64,000 nucleotides of DNA, taken from IMG/VR virus record IMGVR_UViG_3300010938_000022; one strand, 5' to 3'. The DNA comes from an uncultured virus (IMG/VR IMGVR_UViG_3300010938_000022) (taxonomy: Duplodnaviria; Heunggongvirae; Uroviricota; Caudoviricetes). The notes below the pieces were generated by a model, which made no database searches, had not been told where the DNA came from, and saw only the letters and a program-made list of their open reading frames with translations. The first letter of the stretch is position 1, and each line of letters starts with the position of its first letter. The translations under genes and the position numbers were made by a program. This document shows positions 1 through 12,056 of the stretch, in pieces.

Positions 1-130
1 AAGATGAAGAAGCCGAAGATGAAGAAGCCGAAGATGAAGAAGCCGAAGATGAAGAAGCCGAAGATGAAGAAGCCGAAGATGAAGAAGCCGAAGATGAAGA
101 AGCCGAAGATGAAGAAGCCGAAGATGAAGA
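1..130 (+). repeat. 15-bp coding tandem repeat AAGATGAAGAAGCCG x8+ (EDEEA)
   Basis: Read directly from the sequence. Confidence 0.95.
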
Positions 131-1040
131 GGGTGGTGATAAGCCTGACTTCTTAAAAGGTAAAGAAACTGATGAAGAAGAAATAGATGAAGCTGACGAA
201 AAAGAAGAAATGGACGAAGACCAATATAAGTGGCCAACTCATCGCCACGGACAGGGTAAACGTTCTGGCTTAAATCGTTCTAGCGTAAATCCAGTAAAAG
301 AATCTATAGCAAGAGGTTCTAAGTATCATGCTGCCCTTTGCAATGATGGAAATTATTGGCTATATAATTCATCATTAAACGAAGCTGTATGCCTTGGTGA
401 TGGCATGGCAGAATTCGAATTTGATATGAGTGATCCAAATGGTTATAGAACTGGTGCAAACGAATGGCTTTCTGGAATTGTAAAGAATAATGTAGTTGCA
501 GAACAATTATGGAGTAAGGCAACACTAGTAGAAAGTGAATTGCCTGACTTTATTAAAGATAAAAAGGCAGAAGGTAAAGAAGATAAAGAAAAGAAAGACG
601 ATTCAAAAGAAGTAGAAGAAACACATGAAACTGGTATGTATGGGAAATCTAGTTCAGCAGTCAAAATGGTCGGCGGTGATAAAAAGCCAGCTAAACCAAA
701 CGTTAAACTAGAAAATGCGAAGTGCCCAAACTGTGGTTCTAATGATGTAACTGTTAACGAATCAAGTGAAGCAACTTGCGGTGGATGTAAAGTTAAGGGT
801 AAGCCAGCTCAATTTGCATTAACTGAAAATATGGTTGATCCAAAAGCAGCTGCATACGACTCAAAAACTGATGCCGAAAAGTGGGGAGATGGTAAAAAAC
901 GTAATAAAGACCCAAAAGTTGTTGAAGGTGATGAAGATGGTACAAAAGGTGTAAAATCTGCACCAAAAAGTAAAGAGCCTGATGTTGGTAAAGTAGATGG
1001 GCAAAAAGAAATCGGTGGCGAAGGCTACATGGTGAAATAA
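1..1040 (+). CDS. Acidic head-associated/core protein, 5'-truncated by the window; EDEEA repeats and a CxxC...CxxC motif
   Basis: The frame of ORF 210..1040 is open back to position 3 (GAT GAA GAA GCC GAA...); it directly precedes the prohead protease. Confidence 0.7.
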   Translation, partial: DEEAEDEEAEDEEAEDEEAEDEEAEDEEAEDEEAEDEEAEDEEGGDKPDFLKGKETDEEEIDEADEKEEMDEDQYKWPTHRHGQGKRSGLNRSSVNPVKESIARGSKYHAALCNDGNYWLYNSSLNEAVCLGDGMAEFEFDMSDPNGYRTGANEWLSGIVKNNVVAEQLWSKATLVESELPDFIKDKKAEGKEDKEKKDDSKEVEETHETGMYGKSSSAVKMVGGDKKPAKPNVKLENAKCPNCGSNDVTVNESSEATCGGCKVKGKPAQFALTENMVDPKAAAYDSKTDAEKWGDGKKRNKDPKVVEGDEDGTKGVKSAPKSKEPDVGKVDGQKEIGGEGYMVK

Positions 1041-1711
1041 TGTCAAATTTACTAACTAACAGTGTCTCAAATTCATCATTGATTCAAGATGTACGTCCTC
1101 TAATAGTAGAAGACGTAGAAAAAGTCTTGACAGAAATGATAGATCCAAAAGATGGTAGGAAGAAAACCATTACGGCTATGCGCGTAACTGGTATATTCCA
1201 AGAAGCAGACTCATTAAATGCTAATTCTAGGGTGTATCCGCTTGATATATTAAGTGAGGCGGTAATTAGAATTAGACCAATGGTTGAAGCTAGAAAAATC
1301 ATGGGTGAATTTGACCATCCACCTGATGCAAAGATTCATCTTGATAGAGTTTCGCATTTAATTACTAAATTATGGATGGATGGTAAGAGATGCTTTGGGC
1401 AAGCTGAAATACTTGAAAATGTTCCATATGGTCAACAGCTAAAAGGTTTAATTGAACAAGGTGTTGTAATTGGTGTTTCAAGTCGTGGTGTTGGAGACAT
1501 GGAAACATTTGTGACAGAAGGCAGGAGTTGCTTTAAAGTTTTACCAGGATATGGTATTGTTACATTTGATGCTGTTGCAGAACCAAGTGTACAAGCATCT
1601 GAATTATCAGTGATGGAAAGTATTAATAGAAAGATAAATAAAGACGCACTATTTAGAAAGCATTTAAATTATAAGCTTCTAGAAGAATTTAAACGTTTCT
1701 TAAAAAGTTAA
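1040..1711 (+). CDS. gp21: Prohead maturation protease (T4 gp21-like)
   Basis: Motifs GIFQ..D..N.N.RVYP, GEFDHP, VSHLI, GVSSRG.G, FDAVAEPS; position upstream of scaffold and capsid genes. Confidence 0.93.
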   Translation: MSNLLTNSVSNSSLIQDVRPLIVEDVEKVLTEMIDPKDGRKKTITAMRVTGIFQEADSLNANSRVYPLDILSEAVIRIRPMVEARKIMGEFDHPPDAKIHLDRVSHLITKLWMDGKRCFGQAEILENVPYGQQLKGLIEQGVVIGVSSRGVGDMETFVTEGRSCFKVLPGYGIVTFDAVAEPSVQASELSVMESINRKINKDALFRKHLNYKLLEEFKRFLKS

Positions 1712-1726
1712 TCAAAAGTCATAAAC

Positions 1727-1764
1727 TACTAATAATGCGGCCTAGATGGGCCGCATTATTAGTA
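1727..1764. terminator. Long hairpin after the protease gene (probable terminator)
   Basis: TACTAATAATGCGGCC / GGCCGCATTATTAGTA inverted repeat. Confidence 0.7.
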
Positions 1765-1775
1765 AATATATGTAT

Positions 1776-2126
1776 ATGGAAATTAAAACAACTAAGTATA
1801 ATTCATGGATAGATGTTATAGACTATACTTTAATAGAATATGGTCGTAATCTTAATGATTTAAATCCAAGTAAAGAAACATTAGCATCAGCTATTGATTT
1901 AGCAAAAGCCTTGCAATCTGGTAATTTACCACCACCAACACATGTTACTATAGGTGAGGATTGTAGTATAATTTTTGAATCGATTGAGCAGGATAATGTT
2001 TATGAAGCTATTGAGATATACGGATCTGATATAGATACAGTTGTTTTTATTAATGATGAAATGGTAGAATATAATAGTTATGTTCTAAAAAATGGTAAAC
2101 CAATAATGAAAGAGAAGAGGATATAA
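1776..2126 (+). CDS. Hypothetical protein
   Basis: ORF; start moved downstream of the hairpin. Confidence 0.6.
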   Translation: MEIKTTKYNSWIDVIDYTLIEYGRNLNDLNPSKETLASAIDLAKALQSGNLPPPTHVTIGEDCSIIFESIEQDNVYEAIEIYGSDIDTVVFINDEMVEYNSYVLKNGKPIMKEKRI

Positions 2127-2127
2127 T

Positions 2128-2823
2128 ATGTTTTCTAAATTATTAAATTTTGTTAAATCTTTATTTAGAACTAAAATGTCTGTTTCTGAATTTATAGATC
2201 CAGAAACTCTTAATTTTTGTGATGATTCTACGGTACGTTCTCATAGATTGTTTTATGCAACCGATCAATCGGAAATTGATAAATTAGCTGATGGAATAAA
2301 ACCACTAAATGATCATGATAAAAAAGTTATTGAAATAAATCATACTCGTGGCAAAGAGTTAGTTGGCAAAACTTTTGAATTAGTTGGTAGTAGTGAGTTT
2401 ACAAGTAATCCATACAAATCTGTTTTTAATGTTATAGATCAAGAAGAAAAGTTGAAAGAGGCATTTAGACTAATTTCTAAATATGATACTTCTGCTGTTG
2501 AAATTCATGACTCAGTATTGCCGCATATAGATTATAGTAATTATGGCCCGTATCCTTGTGAAATTAAAGTTGCTAACAATAAAAATTTAAAAGATAAAAT
2601 TAATGATAGAATTGTTGCTAGCTTGGCTGGACCATATAAGGCTGAAGGAGCTAATTTAGAAGTACAAGGATTGGTTAAAGTTTCTGTTGGTAATGTATCA
2701 TCTAAAGAAATTCCTAATACAATTGAAAATGTTAAATTGTGTTTAACTAAAAAGAATTCAAAGGTTGACACTAGTACTGTAAAAATAACAGTTAAAAAGA
2801 AGAAAGTCAAAAAGAAGAAGTAA
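2128..2823 (+). CDS. Hypothetical protein with Lys-rich C-terminus
   Basis: 231-aa ORF. Confidence 0.6.
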   Translation: MFSKLLNFVKSLFRTKMSVSEFIDPETLNFCDDSTVRSHRLFYATDQSEIDKLADGIKPLNDHDKKVIEINHTRGKELVGKTFELVGSSEFTSNPYKSVFNVIDQEEKLKEAFRLISKYDTSAVEIHDSVLPHIDYSNYGPYPCEIKVANNKNLKDKINDRIVASLAGPYKAEGANLEVQGLVKVSVGNVSSKEIPNTIENVKLCLTKKNSKVDTSTVKITVKKKKVKKKK

Positions 2824-2919
2824 AGAAATACTATTGAAGTCAAAATTAAATTAATAGCGAATAGAAATAAATTGTTCGCAATTTTGGTCAAAAATACCAA
2901 GAACTTGTGGAGCCTAAAA

Positions 2920-3600
2920 ATGGATAAGATTAAAGCACTGTTTAGTAAGATCGGAGTCAGTGAAGAATTAAGCACTGGTTTAATGGAAGCTATTTCTGAT
3001 CATATCAAAGCAGAAAAAAAAGCTTTACAAGAAGAATTATCTGATAAATTAAAAAAGGCTAAAGATATATGCCTCAAAGCTGTAAAAGAAGAAAAGGCTA
3101 GGCTAGCTAAGGGTGTGGGGGTTTACTTAGAAAGCAAGTCTGGTCAAATAGATCGCGCACGTGCGCAGCAATTGGCCCTTGAGGAGTCCAAGTCAATCGA
3201 TCTCAACAAGAAGGTGAAAGCTCTTCTTGAAGGTGTGGATCTTTCCAAAGTCGATGACAAAGATGGACAACTACAGGCTGCGAGTAGGAAAATCTCGTTG
3301 CTGGAGCAAAAGTCTAAGCGTCTTGAAGATGAAGTACAGGACCTCCAATCAAAGTTGCATAATTCTAACGCAATAGCAACCAAAGCAGTTCGTAAAGCTA
3401 TGATGTTAGAAGAATCAGCCAAAAAACCAGCAGGTGAGAAGTCTGCGACACCAGCCGGTAAGACCATTGCCGAAGATAAAGATAAAGCACAGGATCGCTT
3501 AAAATCTTTAAATGAAGCAAAGAAGGCTAACGCTCCTGTACAATTTAAAGCTAAAGAAACAACAAACTACTCGCCAGACAGCATAGCTGATATGATATAA
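2920..3600 (+). CDS. gp22: Prohead core scaffolding protein (gp22-like)
   Basis: Coiled-coil, charged; immediately upstream of the MCP; GGAG RBS before ATG 2920. Confidence 0.75.
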   Translation: MDKIKALFSKIGVSEELSTGLMEAISDHIKAEKKALQEELSDKLKKAKDICLKAVKEEKARLAKGVGVYLESKSGQIDRARAQQLALEESKSIDLNKKVKALLEGVDLSKVDDKDGQLQAASRKISLLEQKSKRLEDEVQDLQSKLHNSNAIATKAVRKAMMLEESAKKPAGEKSATPAGKTIAEDKDKAQDRLKSLNEAKKANAPVQFKAKETTNYSPDSIADMI

Positions 3601-3651
3601 AATGGCTAATTTTAGTCAAATTTATAACAGATCAGATAAAGGAAAATAACA

Positions 3652-5191
3652 ATGTCACAAGAATCTCAAACCGCAGGACAACGCTTGATCCAAGATATGG
3701 GTCGTTCCAATAGTTTAGTTAAACGTTGGAGCAAAGTCCTTGGCAAATTTGGTGAACTCGGAGTAAACAAGGGTAAGTATGCTATGATGGCTCACTTACT
3801 AGAAAACCAGCATAAATGGTTTTCTGATAAGCAAGGTAGTGCACGTCTTCTAACAGAAGATGCAACCGCTACAGCCGACATTGCTGATTTTACTNNNNNN
3901 NNNNTTTACTCGTTTTGCACTACCTCTTATTCGTAAGAGCTACGCAAAATTAATAGCTGATAATTTGGTTGGTGTTCAGCCAATGAGTCAACCAGCTGCA
4001 TTGATCTTCTACATTCGTTATCGTTATGCTATTAGCAAGGGTCGTACACTTGCTGGTACGCAGATCATGCGTCAAAATACAAGCCAACAATTTGCTAAGC
4101 AGAACGGTTGGGCAATTGATCCATATTACTCAAGCCAGATGGTTAAGGGTGAAGAGTTAACAATCAATACTGCTGGCGATACTGCTTCTGGTACATTAGC
4201 ACAAAAGCCTGTATTAGCTGGAACAGTTACAGTTAATATCTATGAAGACGATGGAACTGATTGTGCTGACTCTGATCCAGTCATTCAAGTAACATTCTCA
4301 GCTGATGGTACTGTTGAATCAGCAACTGTGACAGCCGCAACTTCTGTTGCTGGTATGACAGTTGATACTGGTGCTTCAAGCTTTAATACCACAACTGGTG
4401 TAGTAACAGTTGTATTGAGTGCTGGTGATATTAGCGGATTCATTGCAAGAGTTGATTACGAATACGATTTAGAAGATAATCCATTCCAACCTGAAATTAC
4501 ACTTTCGATTGACAGTGACTCAGTTGCTGCAACAACCAGAAAGTTAAAGACAAGCTGGAGCATTGAAGCAGCACAAGATTTGAAGTCAGTTCACAACATC
4601 GATGCAGAGTCAACACTTTCTGACATCATGGCTGATGAAATGGTAGCAGAAATTGACCGTGAAATCATCAACGACTTAATCATCGCAGCAGCAATTAGAG
4701 CAACACATAACTTCGCAACAGCAGCTGGTGCATCAGTTAACTTCACTGATCGTAACATTGCATTGCTTTACAAGTGCTTGGAAGTAGCAAACATCATCCA
4801 CAGAACCACACTTCGTGGTCCAGCTAACTGGATGGTTACAAGTGCCGACATTGCAAGCAAGTTTGAGCAATTGAACGATTTCAAGGGAAGTGATGCTCTC
4901 ACAACTGACGGTATGGACATTGGTATCATGAAGGCCGGTACCGTTCAGGGCAAGTTGCAATTGTTTAAAGATCCATTATTCCCTAACTGCAAGATTTTGA
5001 TGGGCTTCAAGGGATCAAGTGTATTGGACGCAGGATACTTCTACGCACCATACATTCCACTCTTAAGCACACCAACAGTGATGGACCCAAACAGCTTCTC
5101 ACCAAATAAGGGCATCATGACTCGTTATGGTAAGAAGTTGATTGAAGATGGTGGCTTATATTATGCAACAGTTACCGTAAGCAGCCTCTAA
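3652..5191 (+). CDS. gp23: Major capsid protein (T4 gp23-like), split only by a scaffold gap
   Basis: LLENQ, VGVQPM..P..LIFY, RKLKTSWS.EAAQDL, EIDREII, DAGYFYAPYIPL, GIMTRYG. TTTACT is duplicated on both sides of the N-gap; removing gap plus overlap restores one frame of about 507 aa. Confidence 0.95.
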
Positions 5192-5208
5192 AATATAAGT
5201 TACAAAAT

Positions 5209-5252
5209 AATGATGAGAGCCAATTTAATTATTGGTTCTCATCATTTTTATT
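5209..5252 (+). terminator. Rho-independent terminator after the MCP gene
   Basis: AATGATGAGAGCCAAT / ATTGGTTCTCATCATT stem followed by a T-rich tract. Confidence 0.85.
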
Positions 5253-5302
5253 TATTTGGATAAAAGCAGAATTACTTTTATCCAAATAAGTATTTCATAT
5301 TT

Positions 5303-6826
5303 ATGAAAATATGTGTAAAATGTAACATTTCAAAAACTGCTGAAGAATTTCCAAAGTCTGGACGTATTTGTAAGAAATGCAAGGCTGAATATTTGTGTTT
5401 GTTGAGAAAACGACCAGACCAAAAAGAAAAGCGAAAAAAATATAAAGATACTAATAGAGAAAAGATTAATAAACAAAAACGAGAACATTATAAACGTAAT
5501 GCAGAATATTATAAGCATGTAAATCTAAATAATTATTACAATAATGTTGAATATTGCAGAGAAAGGCAAAGAAAATATCAAGTTGATAAAGAAACTGCTA
5601 ATATGGAATCATGGTTAGTAAAATGTTTAAAACATTGTAGATCAAAAGATAGTAATGTTGACTTTGATATTAATTATTTAATAGAATTGTATAAAAAGCA
5701 AAACGGAAGATGTGCAATATCTAATATTATGCTTACTTATAATAGAAACGATTTGCTGGCTGCATCTATTGACAGAATTCAATCTAACATTCCACATATA
5801 AAATCTAATGTACAACTTATATGTTCTGGCTTGAATCGTGCAAAGCGTGAATATTCTGATAATGATGTTTATAATATGTTACGCTTGTTTGCAGTTGAAT
5901 ACAATAATATCAGTATTAAAGGTTTTAATAACTTTGAATATCAAGAATCTATATCGAATTATAGTATGGCTCATAGAGAAAAGTTAAAACTTGAATTGGT
6001 AAAGCAATTTGATACATTTTACCCGCCAACATATTCTAATAACATATTACAGAACGATTATTCAGATATTAATAATATAAACGTAGATGATTATATAATA
6101 GATGGTAAGTGGCGCAGTTATAAACCAAGCAATACTACATGGGCTGGTAAGCGGATAATTTGGCATTTCCATCCACATTTGTGGGAAGTTAAAGTTCAGA
6201 ATAAGCCATTGATTAGTGATGTTTGGAAAGACCATAATTCTATAATTTTTAAAAAAACTATGGATAATTTAGTTAATGGCACAAGCATAAACTATGATAG
6301 GATAATAAGAGAATTTATTTTTTCTGGCGTTGGTGTTACATCACAAATGCATGTTGGGTTTGCTAAGGCAGTTATTGCTAAATTTAATACATTAAGACTA
6401 CCTGTATATGACCCATTTGCTGGATGGGGGGCCAGAATGCTAGCTAGTAATTCTATTGGTCTAGAGTATTTTGCAACTGAATTATCACAACAGACTCATA
6501 ATGGTTTATTAAATATAATAAGCCATTTTAATATAAAAAATAGTATAATTAACAATACAGATTACAGACTTCATATTCCTAGTAATATGTTTTTGTTTAC
6601 GTCACCACCATTTGGATCTGAAGGATATATTAATTCAAATAATTCAATAGATCATGAAGAATTTAATGAAAAAACAAAGCATCTTCAGATTAGAATTATA
6701 CATATTAATAAAGAATTATATGATGTATATAATAAATTTAATCCTACTGATATTATTACTGTAGCTACAAAAAGTTCGGCATCATCCAATACTAATGAAG
6801 ATTACTTAATGATATATAGATCATAA
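5303..6826 (+). CDS. Zn-finger/HNH-like endonuclease domain fused to an amino-DNA-methyltransferase-like domain
   Basis: N-terminal CxxC..CxxC; CAIS..SIDRI.S..H.KSNVQLIC...N; C-terminal YDPFAGWGAR and TSPPF. Confidence 0.7.
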   Translation: MKICVKCNISKTAEEFPKSGRICKKCKAEYLCLLRKRPDQKEKRKKYKDTNREKINKQKREHYKRNAEYYKHVNLNNYYNNVEYCRERQRKYQVDKETANMESWLVKCLKHCRSKDSNVDFDINYLIELYKKQNGRCAISNIMLTYNRNDLLAASIDRIQSNIPHIKSNVQLICSGLNRAKREYSDNDVYNMLRLFAVEYNNISIKGFNNFEYQESISNYSMAHREKLKLELVKQFDTFYPPTYSNNILQNDYSDINNINVDDYIIDGKWRSYKPSNTTWAGKRIIWHFHPHLWEVKVQNKPLISDVWKDHNSIIFKKTMDNLVNGTSINYDRIIREFIFSGVGVTSQMHVGFAKAVIAKFNTLRLPVYDPFAGWGARMLASNSIGLEYFATELSQQTHNGLLNIISHFNIKNSIINNTDYRLHIPSNMFLFTSPPFGSEGYINSNNSIDHEEFNEKTKHLQIRIIHINKELYDVYNKFNPTDIITVATKSSASSNTNEDYLMIYRS

Positions 6827-6911
6827 AATTTAGTTATTGTTTGAAAGAACCGTATGAAGCGACCATATTATAATAAACCAAAGACGTAATTATCATAAGC
6901 CTACTAAATTT

Positions 6912-7001
6912 ATGAATACGCTTGCTCGCTTTTTGCCAATTATTTTAACAGTAATTTGTATTGCTTTTTACTTTTGTCTTTTTTATGTATTGTTTGGATA
7001 A
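6912..7001 (+). CDS. Possible 29-aa membrane peptide (MNTLARFLPIILTVICIAFYFCLFYVLFG)
   Basis: Short hydrophobic ORF filling an intergenic gap, below the track cutoff. Confidence 0.35.
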   Translation: MNTLARFLPIILTVICIAFYFCLFYVLFG

Positions 7002-7004
7002 CAC

Positions 7005-7280
7005 ATGATTAATATAAGTAGTATGAAGTCTTGCGTGACATATTCTGTTTTTATTCATATAGCCGGTAAGATTGATATTATAGAAAAAGTATGTAGTGAA
7101 TATTGTAGTAGGATTGGATTATGTGTAACAGTGACTCCCACAAATTATATTTATAAAAATGGTCAAGAACTAGGGGCTAAAATTGGATTTATAAATTATC
7201 CTAGATTTCCAGATAAATGTGAAAATATAATAGATAAGGCTGAAGAATTAGCGGAGTTAATAGCTGCAGAATGTATTTAA
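7005..7280 (+). CDS. Conserved phage hypothetical protein
   Basis: GLCVTVTPT.YIY..G.E.G..IGFINYPRFP pattern. Confidence 0.65.
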   Translation: MINISSMKSCVTYSVFIHIAGKIDIIEKVCSEYCSRIGLCVTVTPTNYIYKNGQELGAKIGFINYPRFPDKCENIIDKAEELAELIAAECI

Positions 7281-7357
7281 ATTTCATACACTATTGAAAC
7301 GCCTGATAAAATGTACTATTATTATGATTCTAAATTAAAACCAATGCCGGAGAACCA

Positions 7358-10100
<2,743 letters not shown>

Positions 10101-10101
10101 C

Positions 10102-11137
10102 ATGCAATTTAAATTAATACCAGGTGTGGATGAAGATTCGAATAAGTTAGTGAACGTAATAATAACGTTCACTAACTTTACTAGAGAGTTAGAAGCTTCA
10201 GCCCAATCATTAGGCTTGATTAATATTAAAATAGATATAATGAAAAGAGCTATGTTTGGTGAAGTAGCTACAAAGAAAATACAAGATTTAAGAAATTTAC
10301 CAAATGTTGAAAATGTATCAACAACCTTAGATAATTATATGGTGTAATATGTGGAATGAAGAATTGCCAGAACTGCCATTATAAAAATTGGGTAAATCTT
10401 GGCGATCTTGATGATCTAACAGCACAAGATGCTGAAGGTGTTGAATGTTATAAATATAAACATAAATGGGTGCTTGGAGATGGTGAAGTGCTTGATACGT
10501 TAATAGATTATTACTTCTATAACAGGAAAGAAGAATTTTCTAACATGGAAAGAGAAGAAATAGTAAATGGTATTAATGTAGTTAAAGGTTTGAAAAAGCC
10601 AAATTAATATGCGAAAAGCTCTAAAAAATATTAAGACAATACTTGATCNNNNNNNNNNTAGCCCATATGAGCAAGATACTGTTTGTAGAACAAAAGATGG
10701 TTTAGAGCATCTTATTATTATAGAGTCATTAAAATTTAAATTTTTATGTAAAAATGATGGGTCTATTTGGTTTGGATGGGTAGATACTAGTACAGATACT
10801 AACTTGATGCTTAGGAAGTATACTGTCAATAATCTAACTGAAGTATTTAACCATATTGACTTTTTAATACAATCAATGAGGGAACTATGAGGGAGTTATG
10901 AAAGAATCTGATATGATTATAAAGCCATCTGAAAAGATGGGTAAAGTAACTGTTGAATTCTCAGATATTGAGAAAGATGGTGTAAGGCAAATTGGTATGA
11001 GTGTAAAGATGGATCCAGTTCCAACTTGTGAAGAGGACTATACTGCCGCTCAACGTGCTGGACTTTTAGTTATTGAAATGTTTCATCAGGTAATGGACCC
11101 AGCAAGTCAAGCAGAAGACAAGACAAGACAAGAATAA
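10102..11137 (+). CDS. Four small hypothetical ORFs (10102-10347, 10356-10607, 10609-10890, 10898-11137)
   Basis: Packed ORFs; one spans the N-gap. Confidence 0.55.
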
Positions 11138-11300
11138 ATTATGCATTATTTAACACCTGATGAGATTGCATTCTTTATATCCAATAATGGCATTACAGAA
11201 TCATAGAATGGATTCAAAAATAAATTATGCATTATTTCACACCTGATGAGATTGCATTTTTTATATCCAATAATGGCATTACAGAATCATATCATGGATT
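11133..11300 (+). repeat. 86-bp tandem duplication of the 5' end of gene 11227; first copy is a 21-codon mini-ORF ending in TAG (11141-11206)
   Basis: MHYLTPDEIAFFISNNGITES* versus MHYFTPDEIAFFISNNGITESY. Confidence 0.9.
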
Positions 11301-11841
11301 AAGAGTGGTTCCTGGTAATTCTCCGATTGATTATTTGCTATTTCATATCGATAGGAATTATTTAGATTTCGATCCGTCTGATAAAAAATTTTTAAAGGCT
11401 GCCTCTGAAATTCTTAAATATATTCCTAAAGATAATGACGAATGGATAAAATTAATAAATCAATCTTCTCAGTCTCAGCAGCTAAAACAGTTGTTAATAA
11501 CGAATCTTGGTGGGCAATCTGTACAGCAAAGTCAGCCAAATTCACAGACTTATAGAATAACCTTAAAAAGTGGTAGAGTATTTGAGGCTGAAATTGGTGA
11601 TATAGGAAAAGATTGGATTTACCTTGGTTTAGGACCTGCTGGAAAGTACCAGTCACCTTGTCATAAAGTTTCGGTCATGAAGCAACTTGGATGGTTCTTG
11701 GGATATGATCCTAAAGGTAGGGTTCCTAATAATAAACACAATCCAGGTTCAACATCTACACGCAATACAATAATGTTTAGAAAGTATAGTAGATTGATAA
11801 CAGTTAAGAAAAGTAACATAGTATCAAAAGTTCCAATTTAA
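11227..11841 (+). CDS. RT-system paralog P1 (helical domain plus Sm/Hfq-like C-terminal domain)
   Basis: Aligns by eye along its full length with 43882..44463 and at both termini with 44630..45025. Confidence 0.8.
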   Translation: MHYFTPDEIAFFISNNGITESYHGLRVVPGNSPIDYLLFHIDRNYLDFDPSDKKFLKAASEILKYIPKDNDEWIKLINQSSQSQQLKQLLITNLGGQSVQQSQPNSQTYRITLKSGRVFEAEIGDIGKDWIYLGLGPAGKYQSPCHKVSVMKQLGWFLGYDPKGRVPNNKHNPGSTSTRNTIMFRKYSRLITVKKSNIVSKVPI

Positions 11842-11992
11842 GAGGCTGTGACTTCTCCTTATGTCTAAAAGCTATACGGTTGTTGTTACTTTGGGAGAGT
11901 AAGTATAGTATATAGACTTTATGTAGCCACTCACGCTCCGAGGCATGAGTAGCGTTTTTTCCAATCGTTATGATTGTCAAGTTACAGCCTCT
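11841..11992 (+). ncRNA. Structured ncRNA copy 1 (circular permutation of the RT-adjacent ncRNA)
   Basis: 14-bp terminal inverted repeat 11841-11854/11979-11992; internal stems covary with 44452-44617; shared GATTGTCAAG, ATGTAGC and CGTTT. Confidence 0.8.
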
Positions 11993-12056
11993 AATAATAT
12001 AATTGCAGCAAAAATAAAATGTAGTATTTCATTAGTACATAAAATTGGAGAGTAAA

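Noticed and set aside
1..130. CRISPR-like or RT-generated array
   Set aside because: No spacers; the period is a multiple of 3 and encodes an acidic linker, as do the repeats at 34384, 35419, 35649 and 36802
3860..3936. Apparent split or frameshift of the major capsid gene
   Set aside because: Caused by a 10-N scaffold gap with duplicated TTTACT; one frame is restored on removal
11133..11300. Possible DGR TR/VR pair
   Set aside because: Adjacent tandem copies at a gene 5' end with mismatches at C and G as well as A; no avd-like gene or C-terminal VR seen
11841..11992. Assignment to hammerhead, twister, pistol, hatchet or hairpin ribozyme
   Set aside because: I could not match their core consensus by eye; left unassigned pending an Infernal search
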